Source: Candidatus Latescibacterota bacterium
GTDB taxonomy: Bacteria; Latescibacterota; UBA2968; UBA8231
Reading direction: 5' to 3'
NCBI GenBank assembly: GCA_964291625.2
Contig: OZ220089.1
Coordinates: 4,416,001 to 4,480,000 of the forward strand
DNA length: 64,000 nt
Position numbers and translations under genes: made by a program. The notes beneath the pieces were generated by a model, which was given only the letters and a program-made list of their open reading frames with translations, was not told where the DNA came from and searched no databases. Below are positions 52,901-60,457 of the stretch, in pieces (positions within the stretch are counted from its first letter, which is position 1; each line of letters begins with the position of its first letter).

Positions 52901-53743
52901 GCTTACGTGGCCAGCCAGGGGCGCTGGGAGAACCACGGCCGCTACGGTCACCTGCTGAACGAGCAGAACATCGCTCACGTCCCGTGGCTCGCCTTCCTGC
53001 GCTCCGGCGACCGCCGCTGGCTCCGGCTGGCCTCGGCCCACACCCGCCACCTGCTGGAGGTGGGCACCATCCGCCACGATCCGCGGGACCCCTCGGCGAG
53101 CGGCCTGAGCCGCCGCCACCACGAGTGCATCTGGCTCTCCCCCGGCGACTCGGGCCACTCGATGGTGGACCCCTTCCTGGAGATGTACCACGTCACCGGC
53201 TACCTGCCGGCCTGGGAGGCGAGCCGGCGCATGGCGCGGGCCATGGCCCATCCCGGCGCCGCCTTCCACGACTACGGCTGGCGCTACCTGTCCAACCCCA
53301 TCGCCGGGCTCGCGCGGATGTACCTGGAGACCGGGGAGGAGGCCTGGCGGCAGGAGGCCGACCGCCTCTGGAGCACGTATGCCCGGCCCGACCGCAACCG
53401 CTGGTACGCCGGCGGCCACGGGGCCCGCATGGCCCTCTGGTACGGCCGGATCAACGAGGAGGTCCGGCGCCTGTGGATCGAGCGCACCGGGGCCGGGGAG
53501 GAGGACCGCGCCTTCCACCACCTCGACGCGCTGGCGGCCCTGTACGAGGAGACGGGAGACCCGAAGTACGCCGACGCCATGGTGCCCGTCTTCGACAGCT
53601 ACGCCGCCGGCGCCCGGCGCCGCGACCCCGAACGCGAGGATCCCCTGCGCTGGGGGATCGCCCACGCCACCCAGCACATCCTGGCCGCCGTGCGCGAGAT
53701 GATGTACGCCTCCCGCGCCCTGGCGGAGGCCCGGAGAAAGTGA
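50000..53743 (+). CDS. Large secreted protein with aldose-epimerase-like N-terminus and YetA/PcRGLX (exo-rhamnogalacturonan lyase-like) region
   Basis: Signal-like WLLALLAAAGLLWAHGAGA at ~50198-50273; WPMRVGVPF.RG...WPDGSVRWLLVDF, ENGPLR, YGQWVWG, helical C-terminus. Start codon not resolved. Confidence 0.6.
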   Translation: MDTSLSRGAGTVDCRGSGDCKFRRPGPVCQRRLDGLRPGPAGTRRRPPGAAGRGRGGTPSPRAGPPWLLALLAAAGLLWAHGAGASERRVLENERARVTLAPREGAAIVQYLDRRSGVEYSTAGARPPGPGLRDLTLGVDGVAHRLEARDGAGYKGVVARATAPGTLQEGGRIVGLSASSRVSVEREMRLADGSTRLTVVLRYTNIGEEAVPLWIRWHPYLMLDDPYGEHSVIVAPGPGRGQMRRIRVGLGRDTHFLDVPGYWMAINPRTGHGVWMTFREADAQVCATWTDYHREKRPERGWFTVEPRRAKQLLGPGERVEMHLTYQPFAPGDRLHPGFVEPEERSAAQRFARLVRENAAVIAAHTMVPWPNEGHSAAAQNRFYFNNLRRDRFGLADAGIADALMAVPGIQSIPLRMRHYARLFDSCYDRTPVRFRMAVTDALGRIVLREAWTYDLKPMETRTLDRRVELDLGELEDGRYTFRLDVDLGEEEALHSYEEERVLAGRARGRAAEARRSAGSLVERERPFVTALRQVELPGGGRVPIGVEEAAGLTRVDWPMRVGVPFARGAFRVGAGIALSDALGRRLDTQTKVMGTWPDGSVRWLLVDFQSDVVGGGHTFLALDPSDDRTRGPAMAGRRGDGVAVDVGTRVWVFGADGTIEGLLQPGDLWWRTGEGRTYRFSVAGPEAGVRIVENGPLRCRVRVTGWYHPAKGEGDPVARGELDAEFYRGSPFFRLYHTWTYTGDPWEDTLGGAGIRFRPEGPFWKEAAVDLDGEEVSSDSLVVVRQLDDEHAEAATARLSRQGSRSTGTVRMRRKERDLVIHHRDFWRLFPKRVEASVEEGTVTFHYWPEERGAMDWRPREDGMLTSSSAPTWSLAAGVSRTHEFIIDPAAWFELPLYERIFGEPVVCAVPPRYLTATGALMHLQPYDPEVCPDLEALVEEALESYLLNQRVYRWYGQWVWGSLPAAYVASQGRWENHGRYGHLLNEQNIAHVPWLAFLRSGDRRWLRLASAHTRHLLEVGTIRHDPRDPSASGLSRRHHECIWLSPGDSGHSMVDPFLEMYHVTGYLPAWEASRRMARAMAHPGAAFHDYGWRYLSNPIAGLARMYLETGEEAWRQEADRLWSTYARPDRNRWYAGGHGARMALWYGRINEEVRRLWIERTGAGEEDRAFHHLDALAALYEETGDPKYADAMVPVFDSYAAGARRRDPEREDPLRWGIAHATQHILAAVREMMYASRALAEARRK

Positions 53744-54714
53744 TCGCTCCCATGGTGCCTGGAACCCGACCGACCCCGACGCGCTTCCGGATCCCCGTCC
53801 TCGCCCTGATGGCGGCCTGCGCCGCCCTCCCTCCAGCGGCGCACCCGGAGTCGGGGTACGTGGCCCGGGACGGCTCGGACGACTCGGACTGCAGCGATTC
53901 CTCTCCCTGCGCCAGTCTGGACCGGGCTGCCAGTCCCCTCGTTCCGGGGGACACCCTCCACGTCCTGCCCTCCGGCGAAGGCGACGAGGCCTGGCTCGGC
54001 GAGCTGTTCCGCGGCGCGAGCCGCCACTCCGGGCGCTACCGGGGGCTGATCGCGCGCACCGGCGAAGGCCGCAGGGACCTGCGGGGCTTCATCCGTCTGG
54101 CCACCGCCTGGGGCACCGGCCTCAGGCCGCGCTTCGACAGCGCCGCCCTGGCCATCCCCAATCTCGCCGACGCCCTCACGGAGCAGACCGGCATCGCCGC
54201 CTCCGTGGACCGCCACATCTTCATCGGCTCGCCGCAGTTCATGCGCAGCCCCTTCGTCTACATCACCGCCGACGAGGTCTTCGACCTCACCGACAGCGAG
54301 ACCCGGGCCCTCGGGGAGTACCTGCGCGGCGGCGGCTTCGTCTTCGCCGACAACGCCGTGCCCGGCCTGGAGTTCAGCCAGGCCGAGGCGGCCCTGCGCG
54401 GCCTCTTCCAGGAGGCCCTCGGCCACAGCGGGCGGCTGCGGCGCATACCGGACGGGCACCCGGTCTACAGCTGCTTCTACGACTTCAACGGGCCCCCTCC
54501 CGGCTGGGAGGAGGCCTGGCCGCGGCACTACCTGGAAGGGGTCTTCCTCGAGGGGCGCCTCGCCGGACTCTTCGCCGACAAGGGCTACGTCCACTTCTGG
54601 GCCCAGCCCTTCGGCAACGAGGCCCACCTGCGCCTGGGCATCAACGCCGTGGTCCACGCCATGACCACGGGGACCATGGCCCGGCAGCTCCACCTGGTGC
54701 TGCCGGAGCGCTGA
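53740..54714 (+). CDS. DUF4159-domain protein, paralog of 23219-24451
   Basis: GTG overlaps the upstream TGA (alternative ATG 53752); FDSAALAIPNL..AL, PFVYIT, GEYLRGGGFVFADN, EFSQAEA, DKGYVHFWA..FGNE..LR.GINAVV. Confidence 0.8.
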   Translation: MIAPMVPGTRPTPTRFRIPVLALMAACAALPPAAHPESGYVARDGSDDSDCSDSSPCASLDRAASPLVPGDTLHVLPSGEGDEAWLGELFRGASRHSGRYRGLIARTGEGRRDLRGFIRLATAWGTGLRPRFDSAALAIPNLADALTEQTGIAASVDRHIFIGSPQFMRSPFVYITADEVFDLTDSETRALGEYLRGGGFVFADNAVPGLEFSQAEAALRGLFQEALGHSGRLRRIPDGHPVYSCFYDFNGPPPGWEEAWPRHYLEGVFLEGRLAGLFADKGYVHFWAQPFGNEAHLRLGINAVVHAMTTGTMARQLHLVLPER

Positions 54715-54733
54715 CGCCCCGCGGGTTCAGCGC
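54708..54733. terminator. Inverted repeat spanning two convergent stop codons
   Basis: GCGCTGA-cgccccgcgggt-TCAGCGC; the arms contain the + and - strand TGA stops. Confidence 0.4.
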
Positions 54734-57117
54734 AGCAGGACCAGCCTCCGCGTCTGCACCTGTCCCGCCGATTCGAGCCGGTAGAGATAGACCCCGGTGG
54801 CCAGCTCCCGGCCGCCGTCGTCGCGGGCGTCCCAGAGGATGGAGCGGGTCCCGGCGGGGCCGTCGCCGTCCAGGAGGCTGGCGACCTTCTGGCCCAGCAG
54901 GTTGTAGATGGTGAGCCGCGCCGGTCCGCCGGGCAGGGTGAAGCCGATGCGCGTGGAGCCGTTGAAGGGGTTGGGGTGGTTCTGCTCCAGGGCGAAGGCG
55001 GAAGGCACCGCGGCCGCCTCTCCCACGGCCGTCGGGACGGCCCCCGTGAGGCGCAGGTCGTCGAGGAAGAAGCGGCCCCCGAAGTTGCCCGAGAACGTCA
55101 CCTCGCGGATCTCCTTCGGCGGTCCGAAGGCGGCGAGGGGCACTTCCACCACCTGCCAGCGGTCGTCGCCGAAGCGATGGCGGCCCGGCCGCGCGGGTTC
55201 GGTCTCCACCAGTCCCTCCGCCGCCAGGTCGATCACGGTCTCGGCCAGGTAGATCGTGAACCGCGGTTGTCCCCGGACCACGGAGAGGCCGGGATGGAAG
55301 GCGAAGCGCAGGTGGCCGTAGCCCGCCGGATCCAGGGGTTCGTCGGGGAGGAACTTCACGACCCAGTCCCAGTCCTCCCAGCGCACGGGGAAGGTGGCCG
55401 AGCGGCGGCCCTGGAAGACCTCCTCCCGCTCGGCCAGGTCGAAGGAGAAGTCGTCGAGCCAGGTGCCGTTGAAGACCGACCAGCCGTCGGCCAGACTCTC
55501 GTCGTAGATCACCAGATCGGGGACCACCTCGCCGGGCTCGACCATCACCGTGGCCGTCAACCGCGAGCCGTGGGTCTCGGAGCCGGCGCGCTGCTCGACG
55601 AGGACGGATACCGTCTTCAGCCCCGGCGTTGCGTCCACCTTGAGGGAGGTCCGCAGACGCCAGGTGCGCTCCCCCACCTCTTCCAGGGGCACCTTCGAGG
55701 CGCCTCCCAGGGCGCTGAGATCGGCGGTGACCGCGGGGCTCTCCCCGCCGGGGGCCAGCCGCTCGACACGGACGCCGGCCTCCACCGCCAGGGTGGCGCC
55801 GTTCACGATCGAACCCGGGAAGGTGTGCTCCCAGGAGGCGGCGACGGGTCCGTGGGTGATCCTCAGGATGGCGCGCACGTGCCGGTCGCTGGAGACGTAG
55901 AGATTCCCCGCCTCGTCGCTGACGATCCCCACCGGGAACCCCCAGACGTCGGAGACCTCGGTACCGGTCTGGAAGCCGGTGGCGAAGTCGGCGATGCGGG
56001 CGTCGGACCCGTCGGGCTCGCTGAAGAGGACGGCGACGTTGTACCCGGGGACCGGCGCCAACTTGGCGTGCCCGGCGTGGATGGCGACGAAGGCCGCCCC
56101 GCGGTACCGGGCCGGGAACTGGTCGCGGGTGTAGAAGTGCAGCCCCATGGGCGCCAGGTGGGCGGGGATCAGCGCGGCGGGGCGCACCATGCTCTCCACC
56201 AGGGTCGAGTCCTCGGGCGAGAGCGGCAGGTTCTCCCGGTACCTGGGCAGGTCGGTGTCGACGTAGACCTGGTAGCCGTAGGCCAGGGGGGTGCCGTAGA
56301 AGCCGCCGTCGCGGATGATGTCGATCCACTCCGGCGGCAGGCTGGCGCCCTCGGTGTCGTGGCCGTTGTTGGTCGCCCACAGCTGGTTGGTCACCGGGTG
56401 CAGGGCCATGCCGATGGGGTTGCGGATGCCGCTGGCGAAGACGCGGCGGCCGCTGCCGTCGGCGTTGAAGCGCAGCACCGTCCCGCGCTCGGGGTCGGGG
56501 TGGCGGCACATGTCGCAGGGCCAGCCGACGCCGACGTAGAAGTGGTCCTGGGCCTCGTCGAAGACGATGGTGCGCGTCGAGTGCCATCCCCCCTCGGGAA
56601 GGGAGGGGACGATGTTCTCCCGTTCCTCGTAGACGCCGTCGCCGTCGCCGTCGGTGAGACGCACGATGCGGTTGGTGTCGGCCACGTACATCGCCCCCTT
56701 GTAGAAGGCCAGGCTGTGGGCGCGGGTGAAGCCGCGGGCGGCGACGATCGCCTCGTCGGCGACGCCGTCGCCGTCCCGGTCGGGCAGGGCGACGATCGTC
56801 CTGGCCCTCATGTCGGCCACATGGAGCACGCCCCCGGGACTCACCGCCATGAAGCGCGGCTGGGTGAAGTCGTAGGCCGCGAAGACGGAGGCGGAGAAGC
56901 CGGGGGGCAGGTTGAGGACGAGGTCGCGGGGGATGCCGCTGAAGCGATCCGGCACGTGGACGGGAACGGGCTGCAACCCGAGGTCCACCGTGGGCGTCAG
57001 CTGAAACGTGCCGGGCGGGTAGTCCTCCTCGCCGCCGGCGCCTTCCGTCGTCAGGCCCAGGAGCAGCAGGGCGAGGCCGGGGGCGGTCGTCCTCCAGAGT
57101 GAGCGAGGGCTGGTCAT
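54727..57117 (-). CDS. PQQ-dependent sugar (sorbosone/glucose) dehydrogenase family protein with CBM-like and T9SS-type-A-like C-terminal domains
   Basis: LNLPPGFSASVFA, HSTRTI, GIRNPIGMA, GGFYG.P, AHLAPMGLHFY, GNLYVSSD; C-terminal QNHPNPFN...WDARDDGGRELATGVYLY...RRLVLLR. Confidence 0.85.
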   Translation of the reverse strand: MTSPRSLWRTTAPGLALLLLGLTTEGAGGEEDYPPGTFQLTPTVDLGLQPVPVHVPDRFSGIPRDLVLNLPPGFSASVFAAYDFTQPRFMAVSPGGVLHVADMRARTIVALPDRDGDGVADEAIVAARGFTRAHSLAFYKGAMYVADTNRIVRLTDGDGDGVYEERENIVPSLPEGGWHSTRTIVFDEAQDHFYVGVGWPCDMCRHPDPERGTVLRFNADGSGRRVFASGIRNPIGMALHPVTNQLWATNNGHDTEGASLPPEWIDIIRDGGFYGTPLAYGYQVYVDTDLPRYRENLPLSPEDSTLVESMVRPAALIPAHLAPMGLHFYTRDQFPARYRGAAFVAIHAGHAKLAPVPGYNVAVLFSEPDGSDARIADFATGFQTGTEVSDVWGFPVGIVSDEAGNLYVSSDRHVRAILRITHGPVAASWEHTFPGSIVNGATLAVEAGVRVERLAPGGESPAVTADLSALGGASKVPLEEVGERTWRLRTSLKVDATPGLKTVSVLVEQRAGSETHGSRLTATVMVEPGEVVPDLVIYDESLADGWSVFNGTWLDDFSFDLAEREEVFQGRRSATFPVRWEDWDWVVKFLPDEPLDPAGYGHLRFAFHPGLSVVRGQPRFTIYLAETVIDLAAEGLVETEPARPGRHRFGDDRWQVVEVPLAAFGPPKEIREVTFSGNFGGRFFLDDLRLTGAVPTAVGEAAAVPSAFALEQNHPNPFNGSTRIGFTLPGGPARLTIYNLLGQKVASLLDGDGPAGTRSILWDARDDGGRELATGVYLYRLESAGQVQTRRLVLLR

Positions 57118-57277
57118 GGGCTGACTCCTTTCGCGGACCGGGCGCGGCCGTGGACTGCCGGCGAATCTCGCTCCGTCCTCGAGACTCCGTCAAACAACCC
57201 GATCTTGACCACCTCGCGGTCAGGCCCGTTTATCCCGCCCCCTGCCCCTTGCCACGGCTCCCGGAGGAGGCGATCCG

Positions 57278-58222
57278 ATGACGGTGCAGCACCACCTGAC
57301 CCTCGACGACCTCAGCGACGACACCCTCGGGACCCTGAAGGCGATCGGCGTGGACTACGTGGCGATCATGCACCCGCCTCCGCCCCGGGCCGGAGAGGAC
57401 CGCAGCGGGCTGTGGAAGGACGCCTGCCGCAAGGTCGACGCCCACGGGATGAAGCTCTACAACGTCGGCCTCCGGCCGGAGCGCCAGATCATCCATGGCC
57501 GGGCCGGCCGCGACGAGGGCATCGAGGGCTGGTGCACGATGATCCGCAACCTCGGCGCCGCCGGGATCCCCACCCTGGGCTACAACTTCAGGGGCATCGG
57601 CAACTTCCGGACCGAGCCGACCATCGGCCGGGGGGGCGCGCGCTACAGCACCTTCGATCACGACGAGTTCCGGGCCAACCCGCAGGACCATCCGGAGCTG
57701 CGCATCTCCGAGGAACGCCTGCGGGAGAACCTGAGGACCTTCGTCGAGCGCATCGTCCCGGTGGCCGAGGAGAGCGGCGTGCTCCTCACCGCGCATCCGG
57801 ACGACCCGCCGATCCGCGAGCCCCTCGGGGGAGCGGCCCGGGTCCTGTCCACCCTCGATGACTTCGAGACCCTCTTCGGCCTGGCCCCCAGCGGGGCGAA
57901 TGCCATGCTCTTCTGCCAGGGCTGCGTCGCCGAGATGGGGGAGGAGATCCCCGCCGCCATCCGCCGCATCGGCGGCCTCGGCAAGATCGGCACCGTCCAC
58001 TTCCGCAACATCCGCGGCGGCCTCGGGAAGTTCCAGGAGGTCTTCGTCGACGAGGGGGACATGGACATGTACCTGGCCATGCGGACCTACCGGGAGATCG
58101 GCTTCGACGGCCCCTTCATGCTCGATCACACTCCCGGCATCGCCGCCGAGGGCGCCCGGTGGGCGGGCACGGCCTACGCGATCGGCTACATCCGCGCCAT
58201 GATCCAGGCCGTCTTCCGCTGA
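57278..58222 (+). CDS. uxuA: Mannonate dehydratase (UxuA) family protein
   Basis: GIPTLGYNF, PVAEESGV.L..HPDDPP, FCQG, VHFRNIRG, E.FVDEGDMDM, DHTP, AYAIGYIRA. Confidence 0.85.
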   Translation: MTVQHHLTLDDLSDDTLGTLKAIGVDYVAIMHPPPPRAGEDRSGLWKDACRKVDAHGMKLYNVGLRPERQIIHGRAGRDEGIEGWCTMIRNLGAAGIPTLGYNFRGIGNFRTEPTIGRGGARYSTFDHDEFRANPQDHPELRISEERLRENLRTFVERIVPVAEESGVLLTAHPDDPPIREPLGGAARVLSTLDDFETLFGLAPSGANAMLFCQGCVAEMGEEIPAAIRRIGGLGKIGTVHFRNIRGGLGKFQEVFVDEGDMDMYLAMRTYREIGFDGPFMLDHTPGIAAEGARWAGTAYAIGYIRAMIQAVFR

Positions 58223-58228
58223 CCCGGG

Positions 58229-60457
58229 GTGTCTCTCGAGGGCCCGCACATCCCGAGCAGCCTCTCCGCGGCGGTCCTCGCCGGCCTCCTCCTGCTGCCG
58301 GGGCCGGCGGACTCGCAGGCGCCGTGCGGGAACTGGTCGGCCCTGACCCGGATGCGGCCGGTCAACGCTCTCGTCGCCGATTCCGGCGGCGTGTGGGCGG
58401 CCACCGACGGAGGGGTGCTGCACTTCGACCGGGAGACCGGCCGCTACGCCCGGTTCACCCGCCTGCAGGGCCTGCCCGAGGGCCGCATCACCGCCATCGC
58501 CGCCGACCCGGCGGGAGATCTGTGGTTCGGTTCCGACTTCGGCGGCATCAGCCGCTACCGGCCGGCCGGCTCACGCTTCGACCCGCTCCTGACGATCTTC
58601 GCCGACCTCGGTGTGAGGACCCTCCTCCAGGTGCGGGACAGGATGTACGTGGGCAGCGACGCCGGCATCAGCGTCCTCCTCACCGACGTCCTGCGGGTGC
58701 AGGAGAACTACTGGCAGCTGGGCGACTTCCCCCGCAACACGGGGGTGACGGGCCTGGTGGAGCACTCGGGACTCCTGGTGGCCGGCACCCCCGAGGGCGT
58801 GGCCTGGGCCGACCTGGCGGCGGAGAACCTGCAGAATCCGGACTCCTGGCTCACGGAGGACAGGCCCGGGGCGGTCGCGGCGCTCGTCTCCGCCGGGGGC
58901 GACCTGCTGGCCCTGGGTGAGACCGGGCCGTGGCGCCTGGAGGAGGGAGCCTGGCAACCGGAGCCCGCCCCGGTCGGCGTGCGCGTGCTGGGGCGCGGGG
59001 GCGGTGCGCTCCTGGCGGCCACCCGCAGCATCGTCTACGAGCGCCGCGGCGCCGGAGAGTGGACGGTGGTGGGCGCCGCGCCGGCCGAGCCGCTGGCCAT
59101 CGCCAAGGGAGCGGGGGAGACCTGGGTGGGGACGAGGGGCGGGCTCCGCTCCCTGGGAGGCCCGCCCCTTCCCGACGCCGGGGATCCCCCGGCCACCAGC
59201 TTCCACGACCTGGCCTCGACCCCGGACGGAGAGCTCTGGGCGGCGGTGGTGCCCAACGATCGGGAGGGGAGCCCCATCGGGGTGGCGCACTTGACACCCA
59301 TGGGCTGGAGGGTCCACGGAGTCGGCTCCGGCCTGCCCTCGGACGTGGCCGTGGCCGTGGAGGTCACCGGGGACGGCGGCGTGTGGGCGGGGACCTGGGG
59401 CCAGGGGATCGGGGTCCGGGCCCCGGGCGGCGGCTGGCGGCGGCTGGACCAGACGAACTCCGCTCTCCGGGGGGTCGTCGCTTCCCCCAGCTACGTCGTG
59501 GTGAACGACCTGACCGTCGATGACGGCGGCCGGGTGTGGGCCCTCAACCTGCAGGCCGGGCTGGCCGTCTTCGACCCGCGCACCGGCGCCAGCCACCTCC
59601 ACGATCTCGAGAGCCTGGGACTGACCCGGGGCCGCGAGTTGAACGAGGTCGTCGCCGACGGCAGGGGGCTGCTGCTGATGGCCGCCGTCCTCGACGGCGT
59701 CCTCCTCTTCGACGACGGCGGCACCCCCTTCGACCCGGGGGACGATCACGTCATCTCCCTCGATTCCGCCACCGAGCCGCGGATGACCAGCGACGAGGTC
59801 AGGAGCCTGGCCGCCACCGGCGAGGTCCTCTACATCGGCACGCCCGAAGGCCTGTTCCGGGCCCGCTACCGGTACGACCGCGCCACGAGGGTCTTCGAGA
59901 TCGTCAGCTGGCGGGCCTACCGGCGCGACCACGGCCTGGCCTCCCCGGTGATCACCGACATCGAGCTCGACGGCCGCGGGTCGGTCTGGGTCGGTACCGA
60001 GGGAGGTCTGACCCGGCTCCACGACTCCGGCCGCCTGGTGGAGACCTACACCGCCGACAACAGCTGCCTGGTGGACGACCACGTGCTGACCCTGCGGTTC
60101 GACGAGACCAGCGGCCAGCTCTGGATCGGCACCCGCGGGGGCCTCGGAGGGCTGCGGGTGGCCGCCGGGAGCGGAGACCTGGACGAGGGGGTGCGGATCT
60201 ACCCCAATCCCTTCGTCTCCGGGGCCGGCGCCCGGGTCACCTTCGAGGGCCTGCCGCCGGGCGCCCAGGTCCGCCTGTTCGCCGCCGACGGCCGCCTCGT
60301 GCGCACCCTGGAGTCCGACCTCGGGGGGGCGGTCGTCTGGGACGGGAGGAACGACGGCGGCTCCGCCGTCGCCTCGGGGGTGTACTACTACACCCTCGGC
60401 CTGGGCGGCGCGGAGGCGGGCGCGCGGGGGAAGCTGGCGGTGATCCGCGATGACTGA
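58229..60457 (+). CDS. porZ: PorZ-like beta-propeller protein with C-terminal sorting-type domain
   Basis: Signal peptide; two-component-regulator propeller repeats (VWAATDGG, LWFGS, VWVGTEGGL, LWIGTRGGL); FDDGGTPFD..DD motif; IYPNPF...WDGRND.G..VASGVY...GKLAVIR; directly upstream of the PorU-like gene. Confidence 0.7.
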   Translation: MSLEGPHIPSSLSAAVLAGLLLLPGPADSQAPCGNWSALTRMRPVNALVADSGGVWAATDGGVLHFDRETGRYARFTRLQGLPEGRITAIAADPAGDLWFGSDFGGISRYRPAGSRFDPLLTIFADLGVRTLLQVRDRMYVGSDAGISVLLTDVLRVQENYWQLGDFPRNTGVTGLVEHSGLLVAGTPEGVAWADLAAENLQNPDSWLTEDRPGAVAALVSAGGDLLALGETGPWRLEEGAWQPEPAPVGVRVLGRGGGALLAATRSIVYERRGAGEWTVVGAAPAEPLAIAKGAGETWVGTRGGLRSLGGPPLPDAGDPPATSFHDLASTPDGELWAAVVPNDREGSPIGVAHLTPMGWRVHGVGSGLPSDVAVAVEVTGDGGVWAGTWGQGIGVRAPGGGWRRLDQTNSALRGVVASPSYVVVNDLTVDDGGRVWALNLQAGLAVFDPRTGASHLHDLESLGLTRGRELNEVVADGRGLLLMAAVLDGVLLFDDGGTPFDPGDDHVISLDSATEPRMTSDEVRSLAATGEVLYIGTPEGLFRARYRYDRATRVFEIVSWRAYRRDHGLASPVITDIELDGRGSVWVGTEGGLTRLHDSGRLVETYTADNSCLVDDHVLTLRFDETSGQLWIGTRGGLGGLRVAAGSGDLDEGVRIYPNPFVSGAGARVTFEGLPPGAQVRLFAADGRLVRTLESDLGGAVVWDGRNDGGSAVASGVYYYTLGLGGAEAGARGKLAVIRDD

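Noticed and set aside
56500-56520. CDMCRH in the PQQ dehydrogenase as a heme c site
   Set aside because: Spacing is CxxCxH, not CxxCH, and it matches the usual CxxC of sorbosone dehydrogenase-family proteins.
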